Below are positions 38,904 through 48,622 of a stretch of 64,000 nt of DNA, piece after piece. Made by a program: the position numbers and the translations under genes. Position 1 is the first letter of the stretch. The number at the start of each line of letters is the position of its first letter. The stretch covers positions 8,555-72,554 of the IMG/VR virus record IMGVR_UViG_3300020204_000022. One strand, 5' to 3'. The notes under the pieces are model-generated. The model did not search any database and was not told the origin of the DNA. It saw nothing but the letters and a program-made list of their open reading frames with translations. This stretch comes from a virus.

Positions 38904-39887
38904 ATGATGGAAGAATATTCGTTACCAGAACCGATCCTACAAGAAAATCCAGATCGATTTGTCATTTTCCCAATTCAACACGATGAACTTTGGTCTCAGT
39001 ATAAGAATCAAATGGCATGCATTTGGACTGCCGAAGAAATTGATCTTTCTTCAGATCTGGATCATTGGAGAAACGAATTGAACGAGGATGAAAAACATTT
39101 CATCAAACACGTTTTGGCCTTCTTCGCAGCTTCGGATGGAATCGTGAATGAAAATTTGGCAGAGAACTTTGTCAGAGAAGTTCAATACACGGAAGCAAAA
39201 TTTTTCTACGGGTTTCAAATCATGATGGAAAACATTCACTCTGAAACCTATTCTTTGTTGATTGATACCTATATTTCTGACCCCCAGGAAAAGCACCGTC
39301 TATTTCACGCCATTGAAACTATTCCTGCCGTGAAGAAAAAAGCAGATTGGGCGCTGAAATGGATTAACTCGCCGCATTTTCAAGAGAGATTGATTGCTTT
39401 TGCTGCAGTAGAAGGAATTTTCTTTTCTGGATCTTTCTGTTCAATCTTTTGGTTGAAGAAAAGAGGTCTGATGCCAGGTCTTTCTTTTTCCAATGAACTA
39501 ATTTCACGGGACGAGGGACTGCACTGTGACTTCGCTGTTCTTCTTCACAATAAATATCTTTCAAACAAAGTTTCGGAAGAGAGAATCAAGGAAATTATTG
39601 TCAGCGCCTTGGCCATCGAAAAAGAATTTATTTTAGAATCTCTTCCGGTGAGACTGATTGGAATGAACTCTGATCTTATGAGTCAATACCTGGAATTTGT
39701 AACAGATAGACTTTTGGTTTCTTTGGGATGTTCGAAGGTATATGGGTCGGAAAATCCATTTGACTTCATGACCAACATTTCTTTACAGGGTAAAACCAAC
39801 TTCTTTGAAAAAAGAGTGGCTGAATATCAGAAGGCGGGAGTTCTCAATGCATCATCCGATGCTTTTGATTTGGATGTAGATTTCTAA
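38904..39887 (+). CDS. nrdB: Class I ribonucleotide reductase beta subunit
   Basis: [17 protein letters not shown]...[23 protein letters not shown]...[13 protein letters not shown]...[10 protein letters not shown] metal-ligand motifs. Confidence 0.93.
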   Translation: MMEEYSLPEPILQENPDRFVIFPIQHDELWSQYKNQMACIWTAEEIDLSSDLDHWRNELNEDEKHFIKHVLAFFAASDGIVNENLAENFVREVQYTEAKFFYGFQIMMENIHSETYSLLIDTYISDPQEKHRLFHAIETIPAVKKKADWALKWINSPHFQERLIAFAAVEGIFFSGSFCSIFWLKKRGLMPGLSFSNELISRDEGLHCDFAVLLHNKYLSNKVSEERIKEIIVSALAIEKEFILESLPVRLIGMNSDLMSQYLEFVTDRLLVSLGCSKVYGSENPFDFMTNISLQGKTNFFEKRVAEYQKAGVLNASSDAFDLDVDF

Positions 39888-39902
39888 AAAAAATTCATAA
39901 AA

Positions 39903-41090
39903 ATGTTTGTAAAAAAGAGAGATGGTTCGAAAGAAGCAGTCAGATTTGATAAAATCTCAAATCGGATTCGAAAGGTAACCTATGGATTAAATTCTGACTT
40001 CGTAGATGCTATGGAGATAGCACAAAAAGTTATTGCCGGTATTTATGATGGAATTTCAACTTGGGAACTGGATAATTTAGCAGCAGAAACAGCTGCTTCT
40101 TTGATTCCACGACATCCAGACTACTCCATCTTGGCTTCTAGAATAGCGGTTTCAAGATTGCACAAATCTACAAAGAAAAAATTCTCGGAAACTATCCAGG
40201 ATTTGTTTTCCTACATCGATCCCGAAACCGGATTGGAATCTGGTTTGATCTCCGAAGAAACCTATCGGGTGGTGATGGAACATAAAGACACTTTGGATTC
40301 AGCCATTATTCACGATCGGGATTTTAATTTCGAATATTTTGGTTTTAAAACACTCGAGAAAAGTTACCTTCTCAAGATGCTCGGCAAACCGGCAGAAACC
40401 CCTCAACACATGTACATGAGAGTAGCGGTTGGAATTTGGGGGGATGACATCAAAAACACGATTAAGACCTACGAGTTGCTTTCAAATCACATGATGACTC
40501 ACGCAACTCCGACACTTTTTAACGCCGGAACGAAAAAGCCTCAATTGTCTTCCTGTTTCTTGTTAACCATGTCGGAAGATTCTATCCCCGGAATTTACAA
40601 AACTCTTTCCGACGTTGCCTTGATTTCTCAGCATGCCGGGGGAATTGGTTTGGCAATTCACAATGTTAGAGCAACAGATTCTTACATCAGAGGAACAAAT
40701 GGTAAATCAAATGGGATTATACCTATGCTTAGAGTTTATAATGAAACCGCTAGGTATGTTGACCAATGTTTTGTTGGTGAAACTTTGATTAAAATGGAAG
40801 GCGGATTCTCTAGAATTGATGAAATATATCCTGGGGATTTTGTTATCTCTTCAGATGGTAATAAACACGAGGTAATTCAAAATTTGGATTACCCCATTGG
40901 AGATAAAAATTTAATATCAGTTCAAACGGAAGATGGAGAAAACATAGTAACAGAAGATCATCTTTTTTTAGTTGTTAGAAACGGATCATCTATTGACAAT
41001 TTAGAAGAAAAGTTATCTATGGGAATTGTAGAAGCAGAGTGGATTGAGGCAAAAAAATTAACGGATAGCGATATTTTACTAAAAATGTAA
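39903..41090 (+). CDS. nrdA: Ribonucleotide reductase alpha subunit N-part fused to N-terminal split-intein half
   Basis: N-extein of 288 aa ending [14 protein letters not shown]; intein from 40767: [31 protein letters not shown]...[13 protein letters not shown]...[16 protein letters not shown]. Confidence 0.9.
   Translation: MFVKKRDGSKEAVRFDKISNRIRKVTYGLNSDFVDAMEIAQKVIAGIYDGISTWELDNLAAETAASLIPRHPDYSILASRIAVSRLHKSTKKKFSETIQDLFSYIDPETGLESGLISEETYRVVMEHKDTLDSAIIHDRDFNFEYFGFKTLEKSYLLKMLGKPAETPQHMYMRVAVGIWGDDIKNTIKTYELLSNHMMTHATPTLFNAGTKKPQLSSCFLLTMSEDSIPGIYKTLSDVALISQHAGGIGLAIHNVRATDSYIRGTNGKSNGIIPMLRVYNETARYVDQCFVGETLIKMEGGFSRIDEIYPGDFVISSDGNKHEVIQNLDYPIGDKNLISVQTEDGENIVTEDHLFLVVRNGSSIDNLEEKLSMGIVEAEWIEAKKLTDSDILLKM
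40767..41087 (+). other. Split intein N-half (107 aa)
   Basis: Block A C-F-V-G-E-T; block B-like VTEDHLFLV; insertion exactly inside conserved NrdA ARYVDQ/GGGKR. Confidence 0.85.
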
Positions 41091-41122
41091 AATTATTTCA
41101 AAGTAAAAATAAAATTCATAAA

Positions 41123-41317
41123 ATGGCAAACATCTTTTTACATCACCCTCTACAGGATGGAGAGCTCCATGAGGAATCATCTGTACTTTCTGTCTCTAAA
41201 TTGAAATTCAATAAGGTAACAAAAGTAGAAAAAATATCAGGTAGGGAAGGAAAAGTTTACGATCTGCGAATTTCTGAGATTCCTAATTACTCTACGAATG
41301 TATCAATTGTTCACAAT
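41123..41317 (+). other. Split intein C-half (65 aa)
   Basis: Block F-like VYDLRISEIPNYSTNVSI and block G-like VHN; +1 residue is Gly. Confidence 0.85.
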
Positions 41318-42919
41318 GGGGGTGGAAAGAGAAAGGGAAGCTTCGCCATTTATCTAGAACCTTGGCATGCTGATGTTGAAGATTTTCTGGACTTAAGAAA
41401 AAATACAGGTAAAGAAGAAAGAAGAGCCAGAGATTTGTTTTTGGCTTTGTGGATTCCCGATTTATTTATGGAGAGGGTTCACGAGGATTCTACCTGGTCT
41501 TTGTTTTCTCCATCCGAAGTTCCCAATTTACATGAAAAATTTGGAAAGGAATTCAATGCCGCTTATTTGGAAGCAGAAGAGGCTGGGAAGGCCAGAAAAA
41601 CAATTAAGGCCCGGGATTTGTGGGGCAAGATTTTGGATTCACAAATTGAAACCGGAACCCCATATATTTTGTATAAGGATGCGGCCAACAGGAAATCCAA
41701 CCAACAAAATTTAGGTACAATCAAATCTTCTAATTTGTGCACAGAAATTATAGAATATGCCAGTAAAGACGAAACTGCAGTTTGTAACTTGGCTTCGATC
41801 GCGGTGAATAAGTTTCTGAAATCTACAGACGCAAGAACCTCCAAGATTGCCAGAAAAAAATGCGAGGTAGATCACGAATTGCTTTACAATGTTGCCTACC
41901 AAACAACATTAAATTTGAACAAGGTAATTGATGTTAATTTTTATCCAACCCCAGAAACTAAAAATTCGAATTTCAGACACCGCCCAATTGGCATTGGAAT
42001 TCAGGGTTTAGCTGATCTTTTTGCCATTATGGGATTGCCATTTACATCTCCAGAGGCAAGAAAAATCAACTCTGAAATTTTTGAAACCATTTACTTCGCT
42101 TCTATGTCTGCTTCTGTGGATTTGGCTAAGAAAGAAGGTCATTATGAGAGTTTTCCTGGATCTCCTCTTTGCCAAGGCAAATTCCAATTTAACCTCTGGG
42201 ACGTTACAGATTCCGAACTTTCTGGTAGATGGGACTGGGATAAATTGAGAAAATCTGTGATGAAACACGGATCCAGAAATTCTTTGCTTCTGGCACCCAT
42301 GCCAACCGCGAGCACAGCTCAAATTATGGGAAACAATGAAGCATTTGAACCTTTTACCTCCAATATTTATACAAGAAGAACCCTGTCGGGAGAATTTATC
42401 ATCATCAACAAATATCTTGTGAAAGATCTAATCAATTTGGGTCTTTGGAATGAAGATGTTAAAAATTTGATTATCATCCACAAAGGATCTGTTCAAAACA
42501 TTCCAAACATCCCCGATGACATCAAGGAGGTTTACAAAACGGTTTGGGAAATCAAACAGAAAGATCTTATTGAGATGTCTGCAGAAAGAGGTAGATTCAT
42601 TTGTCAATCCCAATCTCTCAACCTTTTCATTGAAGGTGTTAACGCTGCCAAATTAACTGCCGCCCATTTCCATTCTTGGAAATTGGGTTTGAAAACTGGC
42701 ATGTATTATCTTCGCACTAAGTCCGCTGTAGACGCCATGACTGGACTTGGGATAGACGTTTCTAAATATCAGACAATACCAAAAAAAGAAGAGCCCAAAG
42801 TTTTCAAAAAGACTTTGGAAACCCCAAATGAAGAATTACAAGTTCTGGCCAACCAAACTTTAGAAGATTTAAGTTGTAGTTTGGACAACCCAGATGATTG
42901 TATCGCCTGTGGATCTTAA
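41123..42919 (+). CDS. nrdA: C-terminal split-intein half fused to ribonucleotide reductase alpha subunit C-part
   Basis: IntC of 65 aa ending GKVYDLRISEIPNYSTNVSIVHN, then GGGKRKGSFAIYLEPWHADVEDFLDLRKNTGKEERRARDLFLALWIPDLF. Confidence 0.9.
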   Translation: MANIFLHHPLQDGELHEESSVLSVSKLKFNKVTKVEKISGREGKVYDLRISEIPNYSTNVSIVHNGGGKRKGSFAIYLEPWHADVEDFLDLRKNTGKEERRARDLFLALWIPDLFMERVHEDSTWSLFSPSEVPNLHEKFGKEFNAAYLEAEEAGKARKTIKARDLWGKILDSQIETGTPYILYKDAANRKSNQQNLGTIKSSNLCTEIIEYASKDETAVCNLASIAVNKFLKSTDARTSKIARKKCEVDHELLYNVAYQTTLNLNKVIDVNFYPTPETKNSNFRHRPIGIGIQGLADLFAIMGLPFTSPEARKINSEIFETIYFASMSASVDLAKKEGHYESFPGSPLCQGKFQFNLWDVTDSELSGRWDWDKLRKSVMKHGSRNSLLLAPMPTASTAQIMGNNEAFEPFTSNIYTRRTLSGEFIIINKYLVKDLINLGLWNEDVKNLIIIHKGSVQNIPNIPDDIKEVYKTVWEIKQKDLIEMSAERGRFICQSQSLNLFIEGVNAAKLTAAHFHSWKLGLKTGMYYLRTKSAVDAMTGLGIDVSKYQTIPKKEEPKVFKKTLETPNEELQVLANQTLEDLSCSLDNPDDCIACGS

Positions 42920-42940
42920 TTTTACATTTTAATAAAAACC

Positions 42941-43159
42941 ATGACAAATATTTTAATCTTTAACACCAAAAAACACACCCTCCAGGTAGAATCTGAATCA
43001 CGACATCTAAGAGGAGTGTACTCTGAAATCATGACCATTCAACTTTCTCAAGCCCATTACAATTTTTATGAGGTTTATCAAGAAAGCCAAGATTCAAGAA
43101 GAGTTCCCCTTTTCAGATTCCCAATTCAAAATACGATTATTAAATATGAGCACAGTTAA
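42941..43159 (+). CDS. Small hypothetical protein
   Basis: Complete ORF overlapping the adk-like start by about 14 nt. Confidence 0.4.
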   Translation: MTNILIFNTKKHTLQVESESRHLRGVYSEIMTIQLSQAHYNFYEVYQESQDSRRVPLFRFPIQNTIIKYEHS

Positions 43160-43787
43160 AAAATTCGACGAATTTGTCCACCTTCACGAAAGAGAGCTTC
43201 CTGATTTTCAGGGCAAGATCTTAGTAATCATGGGCCCTCCTGGATCCGGGAAAGGGACCTTCTCAAAAAGACTTTCTGAAAAAGAAGGTTACAATCATAT
43301 TTCTACTGGGGATTTGATTCGAAAATCGAAGGACCCAGAATTAAAAGCGAAGATTGCAAAGGGCGAGTATATTGACGATGGAACGATGGTATCAATGCTC
43401 AGAAAAGAACTTAAAAAGTTAGATCCTGGAATGGGAATCATTCTCGACGGATTTCCTAGAACGGTTAAACAGGCTGGAATGTTGGACTCTTTGCTCGGTA
43501 AAATGGGATTAGGTCTAAGCCACACAATCTATTTGGATTTGGACGAAAAAACCGCTACGGATAGGATTTTATCCAGAGCCGAAAAAGAAAATCGTGAGGA
43601 TGACAAAGATCCAGAGGTAATTAAAAAAAGATTCCAAACCTACACGGAAAAAACTGCTCCTCTGATCGATCTGTACACCAAAAGCAGAAAATTGAAAAAA
43701 TTCGACTCCGGTGTAGGAATAGATCGTTTATACAAAAAAATTGTGAACCAACTGAATCTCAAAAAAACCGATTCTAAAACAAATTAA
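43146..43787 (+). CDS. adk: Adenylate kinase-like protein with CTS-like N-terminal extension
   Basis: ILVIMGPPGSGKGTFSKRL, ISTGDLIR, IILDGFPRT; preceded by MSTVKKFDEFVHLHE|RELPDFQGK. In-frame ATG at 43146 within track ORF 43068..43787. Confidence 0.85.
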   Translation: MSTVKKFDEFVHLHERELPDFQGKILVIMGPPGSGKGTFSKRLSEKEGYNHISTGDLIRKSKDPELKAKIAKGEYIDDGTMVSMLRKELKKLDPGMGIILDGFPRTVKQAGMLDSLLGKMGLGLSHTIYLDLDEKTATDRILSRAEKENREDDKDPEVIKKRFQTYTEKTAPLIDLYTKSRKLKKFDSGVGIDRLYKKIVNQLNLKKTDSKTN

Positions 43788-43820
43788 AAGAAACAGGTCA
43801 ACCTGAATCACATTTAATTT

Positions 43821-44501
43821 ATGTCAAAATACAAGGTAGATTTACTGACGGGATTTGTAGAAAACTTCGAAGAAGAAATTCATCTGAAGAATAAAATCGA
43901 AATGTCACATTTTAGCCAGGTTGGTAAAATAGGAATACAGCTCGAAAATTATTTGTTTAAAATTGGGATGGATCTCAAGCCAACAAAATTGGCGGCAGGA
44001 CCCAATCCAACTTTACATGTCAAATTTCGAAGAAAGCTTTCTGATTCATTCCTGGCGGAAACCCTAATTGGATTCTTCGTTGAAAGTGGAATAAAATTCA
44101 AACAGCACCTTCATTCTGGATCCTTTCCTTTATTCACTGTAAAGAATGATACGGTCCCAGAACTTTTGGAAGGGATTGGATATTCTTTATTTTCCATTTA
44201 TTCGCCGAGTTCTAATGGATTTCTCGGAATAAAGTTGGAAATATTAACAACAAATCAAATTGTGAAAATTTTGGATTCGAAATTGGCAAATTTAACTTTG
44301 TTGATTTGGACTGGACGAACTTTAAAAAAATCATCCTTTGCAAATACTCAAAACATACCAGAGGAAAATAGTTCGGATTTCTTGGACCTTGAACTGGTTT
44401 CCGAATCAAAATCAAATCCCATCCGTATAAAGGCGAACTTTACCAAATCTAGTCTTCTGGGTTACACGTTGGAGAAAATTTTAGAAATTCAGAAAATCTG
44501 A
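43821..44501 (+). CDS. Hypothetical protein
   Basis: Complete ORF in operon context. Confidence 0.45.
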   Translation: MSKYKVDLLTGFVENFEEEIHLKNKIEMSHFSQVGKIGIQLENYLFKIGMDLKPTKLAAGPNPTLHVKFRRKLSDSFLAETLIGFFVESGIKFKQHLHSGSFPLFTVKNDTVPELLEGIGYSLFSIYSPSSNGFLGIKLEILTTNQIVKILDSKLANLTLLIWTGRTLKKSSFANTQNIPEENSSDFLDLELVSESKSNPIRIKANFTKSSLLGYTLEKILEIQKI

Positions 44502-44519
44502 AATTTTTTCAAAAAATTA

Positions 44520-44530
44520 GATATAAAAAG
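44520..44530 (+). promoter_or_regulatory. Candidate promoter GATATAAAAAG
   Basis: Variant of the recurrent motif, 11 nt before ATG 44542. Confidence 0.35.
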
Positions 44531-44541
44531 AAAGTTTTTTT

Positions 44542-45789
44542 ATGTCTAAATCCACAAAGAATAAACCAAAATCCAAAAAATCTCCATCTAAATCACTAAC
44601 TTCTTTAACGGGTTTACCCCACAAACAAAAGTTCACCTTTTGTTTGGTCATGATCGTCAAAGACGAAGGTGACACAATTCGCAAATGTCTTGAAAGAGTT
44701 GCACCTTATATTTCCTATTGGGTAATCTGTGATACTGGTTCTCGGGACAATACCATTTCTGAGATCAGGAGTACCATGGAAGAATTAAATATCCCGGGCG
44801 AACTCCATGAAAGACCTTGGGTTAATTTCGAAGTCAATCGAACAGAAAGTTTGGAATTATCCTATGGAAAGTGTGATTATCGATGGATTATTGATGCCGA
44901 TGATTTATTTGAAAATTTAAATCCAGGAACAAATCCCTTTTCAGATTTACCAGACGGAGTAGACTGCTTTCAAATTCAATACAAGTTGAATTCTTTGCAG
45001 TACTACCGGGCTCAAATTGTGAAGTCTGACCAAAATTGGGTTTACAAAGGGGTTCTTCACGAATATTTAGATTTGCCTGGAAAACAACCTTTATATCAGG
45101 CACAAATCCCCAACGACAGATGTTTGGTGAACGCCAATATCTCCCCGTTAAAAAGAGCTTCTTCTTTGGAAGAAAAGTACTCTAAAGACGCTGAAATTTT
45201 GGAGAAAGCTTTAAAGGAGGATCCCACCAATACCAGATACATGTTTTATCTCGCCCAAAGTTATCGGGATTCAAACCAAAACCTAAAGTCTCTACAAGCC
45301 TATGAAAAAAGAGCCAACGCTGGGGGATGGCCAGAAGAGATCTACTACTCTTTGTACATGATTGGAAGGTTGAAAGAAAAACTCGGGAGACATCCGGACG
45401 AGGTCATTCAGGCCTATTCTAAAGCTTGGGAATTCAGACCAGAAAGACTTGAGGCGGTATTTCACTGTATGAGAAAATTGAGGGAGCAAAATCGGTTTGT
45501 GTTGTCTTTCACCTATGGTACGATGGCCATGAAGAATCCAGGAACCGGAGACATCCTATTTATCGAACCAGAAATTTGGCAATGGAGGTTGTTGGACGAA
45601 TTTTCTTTGGCTGCCTATCACACTGGAAATCCGGAAATTTCCTACGAAAAAATGAAACAAGTTACCGAAATGCCTTTTTTCGGATCATTTCATCCAGGGG
45701 AAAAAGAAAGAATCCTCAGAAATTTAGAAAACTTCAAAAAGGCAGCAGCCATGAAGCTAAATTCACAAAATCAACCGGCTTCAGCATAA
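44542..45789 (+). CDS. Family 2-like glycosyltransferase with TPR-like C-terminal region
   Basis: FTFCLVMIVKDEGDTIRKCLERVAPYISYWVICDTGSRDNT...WIIDADDLF; helical repeats YMFYLAQSYRDSNQNLKSLQAYEKRA. Confidence 0.8.
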   Translation: MSKSTKNKPKSKKSPSKSLTSLTGLPHKQKFTFCLVMIVKDEGDTIRKCLERVAPYISYWVICDTGSRDNTISEIRSTMEELNIPGELHERPWVNFEVNRTESLELSYGKCDYRWIIDADDLFENLNPGTNPFSDLPDGVDCFQIQYKLNSLQYYRAQIVKSDQNWVYKGVLHEYLDLPGKQPLYQAQIPNDRCLVNANISPLKRASSLEEKYSKDAEILEKALKEDPTNTRYMFYLAQSYRDSNQNLKSLQAYEKRANAGGWPEEIYYSLYMIGRLKEKLGRHPDEVIQAYSKAWEFRPERLEAVFHCMRKLREQNRFVLSFTYGTMAMKNPGTGDILFIEPEIWQWRLLDEFSLAAYHTGNPEISYEKMKQVTEMPFFGSFHPGEKERILRNLENFKKAAAMKLNSQNQPASA

Positions 45790-45799
45790 AAGAAAAAAG

Positions 45800-46195
45800 A
45801 TGGAAGTGCTCTCGATGTATCCTGTTAAAAAGTCAGATCTTGGCTTCCATGGAAATTTGTTCGGCGGTCAGTTGCTGAAATGGATTGATGCTGCTGCTGC
45901 TGGATATGCCATGCAGCTGTGTGATTCTCCAAGAATGGTAACTGTGTCCATAGATAAATGCTTTTTCGAAAGGCCTGCAAAAGAAGGTCAACTTTTAAAA
46001 ATTTATGGAAATCCGGCTGAAATCGGCACAACGTCGGTTACAATTTATATCGAGGCAAGAGCACACAACGTGTACACTGGAGATCAGAAAGTAATTCTTA
46101 GAACAAACATCAAATTTGTGAGGATTGACGAGGAAGGAAACCCAATCCCTATCTCGGAACGATCAAAAACCCGTATTTCGGAAAAAATAAAATAA
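45800..46195 (+). CDS. Hotdog-fold acyl-CoA thioesterase-like protein
   Basis: FHGNLFGGQLLKWIDAAAAGYAMQLC...MVTVSIDKCFFERPAKEGQLLKIYG, as in YciA/acyl-CoA thioester hydrolases. Confidence 0.8.
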   Translation: MEVLSMYPVKKSDLGFHGNLFGGQLLKWIDAAAAGYAMQLCDSPRMVTVSIDKCFFERPAKEGQLLKIYGNPAEIGTTSVTIYIEARAHNVYTGDQKVILRTNIKFVRIDEEGNPIPISERSKTRISEKIK

Positions 46196-46225
46196 TTTTC
46201 ACAAATCTAAAAATAAAAAATTAAA

Positions 46226-46657
46226 ATGAAACAATTACTTATAATCCTGCTTGTTCTACTTAGCTCAATGTCATTCGCCCAAAAACCTATGGTTGGTTTT
46301 ACCCAAGAAGAAATCAAACATCGAAATAGACTTGAATTTAAAATAACCGAATGGGATGTGATTAGACAGGATGAATATTGGGTAATGTACACTGCTAGCC
46401 CTTACCTTGATATGACCACATTTTATTTCTTTAGATATGGTGGGACAAAAAACTTTTTAGCCAGCCACTCAACAAAAGATGACGATGTTGCGGTTAGGTT
46501 GTACCAAAGTATTATGAAATCTCATCACGATTTGGGGGATAATAAATTTTTAAGTAAAGAAAATAATTTAATATGTGAGTATAATTTTTATAAAGAAACA
46601 AGTACACATAATTTCATTTATTTCACATCTGAGGGTAAAAATATTTTTAAGAATTAA
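46226..46657 (+). CDS. Secreted/periplasmic hypothetical protein
   Basis: Signal peptide MKQLLIILLVLLSSMSFAQK. Confidence 0.55.
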   Translation: MKQLLIILLVLLSSMSFAQKPMVGFTQEEIKHRNRLEFKITEWDVIRQDEYWVMYTASPYLDMTTFYFFRYGGTKNFLASHSTKDDDVAVRLYQSIMKSHHDLGDNKFLSKENNLICEYNFYKETSTHNFIYFTSEGKNIFKN

Positions 46658-46694
46658 ACAAAACACTTATTTGAAATTTTTTTGTTGAAAAGAA

Positions 46695-46704
46695 GAATAT
46701 ATAA
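46695..46704 (+). promoter_or_regulatory. Candidate promoter GAATATATAA
   Basis: Recurrent motif; only 3 nt before ATG 46708, so the annotated start or the promoter role may be wrong. Confidence 0.35.
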
Positions 46705-46707
46705 GTT

Positions 46708-47298
46708 ATGCAAATACCCGATCCAGAATTGTGGTCAAAGATCCACAACCAAAAAGTTTTCGAGATTGTTAATTTCGAAAGATTCAATTATCACATAGAT
46801 AACAATCTTTCACTTTCTGAGAGCGTCTTCAGAATTGGTTCAGAATCATGGTTTCAGATGATCAATGAGGCCAGAGAACTTTGGGAAAACAACGTTTTGA
46901 ATTTTAATGAGGATGAACTATTTTTTCTGGAGTCAGATCTAGGTAAAAGAGATTTTTTCGAAGGTGTTGAAGTTTGGCTTGACGTTCCATTTCTAGAAGA
47001 AGACCTACACGAGGCGGAATATAGAGGGAGAAAAGTAAATCTCAATAGACCTTTCAGAACTTCCGGAGGTCCTAGAAAATTTGGGGTCTACACAAAAAAT
47101 GAATCCGGAAAAGTTGTTTTAGTTAGATTTGGACAGCCAGGAATGAGGGTGAGAAACGACGACCCTAAAAGGGCAAAGTCGTTCAGAGCCAGACACGGAT
47201 GCGATAACCCTGGACCAAAATGGAAACCTAGATATTGGTCCTGTAATGTTGCCAGATATCGCAAACTTCTTGGCATTAAATCCAGTAGTCCCTGGTGA
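46708..47298 (+). CDS. Conserved phage protein with FRARHGCDNPGPKWKPRYWSC motif
   Basis: Cys/His-rich C-terminal KVNLNRPFRTSGGPRKFGVYTKNESGKVVLVRFGQPGMRVRNDDPKRAKSFRARHGCDNPG...YWSC. Confidence 0.5.
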   Translation: MQIPDPELWSKIHNQKVFEIVNFERFNYHIDNNLSLSESVFRIGSESWFQMINEARELWENNVLNFNEDELFFLESDLGKRDFFEGVEVWLDVPFLEEDLHEAEYRGRKVNLNRPFRTSGGPRKFGVYTKNESGKVVLVRFGQPGMRVRNDDPKRAKSFRARHGCDNPGPKWKPRYWSCNVARYRKLLGIKSSSPW

Positions 47299-47561
47299 AA
47301 TCCCTTCCGTTCACAGAAGATAAAATTTCTGACGGGATATACAAAAGAACATTTGATCCCTCAACTGAAAGTGTCGAACTGAAGTGGCATCAAGACTCCG
47401 AAGATAGGATTGTGATTTTTTTGGGTAACACCGATTGGATGTATCAGGAAGACGATGTTTTACCAGTTCCAGCCATAGGAGAATTTTTCATTCCTGCCGG
47501 AAAATGGCACAGACTTTTAAAAGGTAAAACAAAATTGGATGTTCTGATTCAAAAATTTTGA
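47295..47561 (+). CDS. Small cupin-like protein
   Basis: DRIVIFLGNTDWMYQEDDVLPVPAIGEFFIPAGKWHRLLKGKTKLDVLIQKF. Confidence 0.45.
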   Translation: MKSLPFTEDKISDGIYKRTFDPSTESVELKWHQDSEDRIVIFLGNTDWMYQEDDVLPVPAIGEFFIPAGKWHRLLKGKTKLDVLIQKF

Positions 47562-47573
47562 TACATATAGAAC

Positions 47574-48602
47574 ATGAAACACCTTATTTCTTTTCGGGTT
47601 TATGAATCCAGAATCCCTCCTAGTTTGACCCCAGAACAGGAGGCTTTCCTGAATCGTTACATAAGAAAAGGAGGAAACTGGAGCGTGAATCCAACAACAG
47701 GTCTTGTTGACATCCAGGGTGATTTCTTTCCAGATAATGATGGATTGAAAAATTTTTTAGGAATTAAATTTGGAAATGTAACTGGGAATTTTTATTGTGC
47801 CGGAAACCAACTCCAATCCCTGGAAGGAGCACCACAGGAAGTTGGTGGGTTTTTTTGTTGTAAAGGCAACAATCTCAAATCTCTGGAAGGAGCACCACAG
47901 GAAGTTGTTGGGGATTTTGATTGTAGGTATAATCAACTTCAAACCCTGAAAGGATCACCACGGGAAGTTGGTGGGAGTTTCAATTGTTCCTCCAACGATC
48001 TCAAATCCCTGGCAGGAGCACCACGGGAAGTTGGTAGGGATTTCGATTTTTCCGAGAACAAAATCCAATCCCTTAAAGGAAAACCACAGGAAGTTGGTGG
48101 GGATTTTATTTGTTCCTACAACGAACTCCAATCACTGGAAGGAGCACCACGGGAAGTTTATGGGAATTTTAAATGTGGCGGAAACCAACTCCAATCCCTG
48201 GAGGGAGCACCAGAGAAAGTTTATGGGGATTTTTGGTGTACCGGCAAAAAAAACGGCATCAAACTCCAATCCCTGATAGGAGTACCAAAACAGATAAATG
48301 GTGGTTTTTATTGTGATAAATTCGAGTTAGTTCCGGGTGAATGGAGCATGGAAGCATGTGGTAAAATCTTAGGATCTGAAAAACATAGCCAAAAGGCAAA
48401 GGAACTAATTCTAACACTTCCATTTTTCAATTCCACTTATTGGAATTCCAAAATTTCTGAAAATCCTGAATCAGCCATTCTTGAACTTTCAGAATTTTGG
48501 GACGACATGCTAGACAATGTCAGAAATTCAATTCGTATTCCTTCGAATTTAAAGGACGATTTCGAGAACTTGTTGGATCTGGTGAGGAAAGGAATCATGT
48601 GA
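47574..48602 (+). CDS. LRR-like repeat protein with CTS-like N-terminus
   Basis: MKHLISFRVYE|SRIP; repeats (NQLQSLEGAPQEVGGxFxCxx)n. Confidence 0.65.
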   Translation: MKHLISFRVYESRIPPSLTPEQEAFLNRYIRKGGNWSVNPTTGLVDIQGDFFPDNDGLKNFLGIKFGNVTGNFYCAGNQLQSLEGAPQEVGGFFCCKGNNLKSLEGAPQEVVGDFDCRYNQLQTLKGSPREVGGSFNCSSNDLKSLAGAPREVGRDFDFSENKIQSLKGKPQEVGGDFICSYNELQSLEGAPREVYGNFKCGGNQLQSLEGAPEKVYGDFWCTGKKNGIKLQSLIGVPKQINGGFYCDKFELVPGEWSMEACGKILGSEKHSQKAKELILTLPFFNSTYWNSKISENPESAILELSEFWDDMLDNVRNSIRIPSNLKDDFENLLDLVRKGIM

Positions 48603-48622
48603 AATGTGAGCATATATACAGC

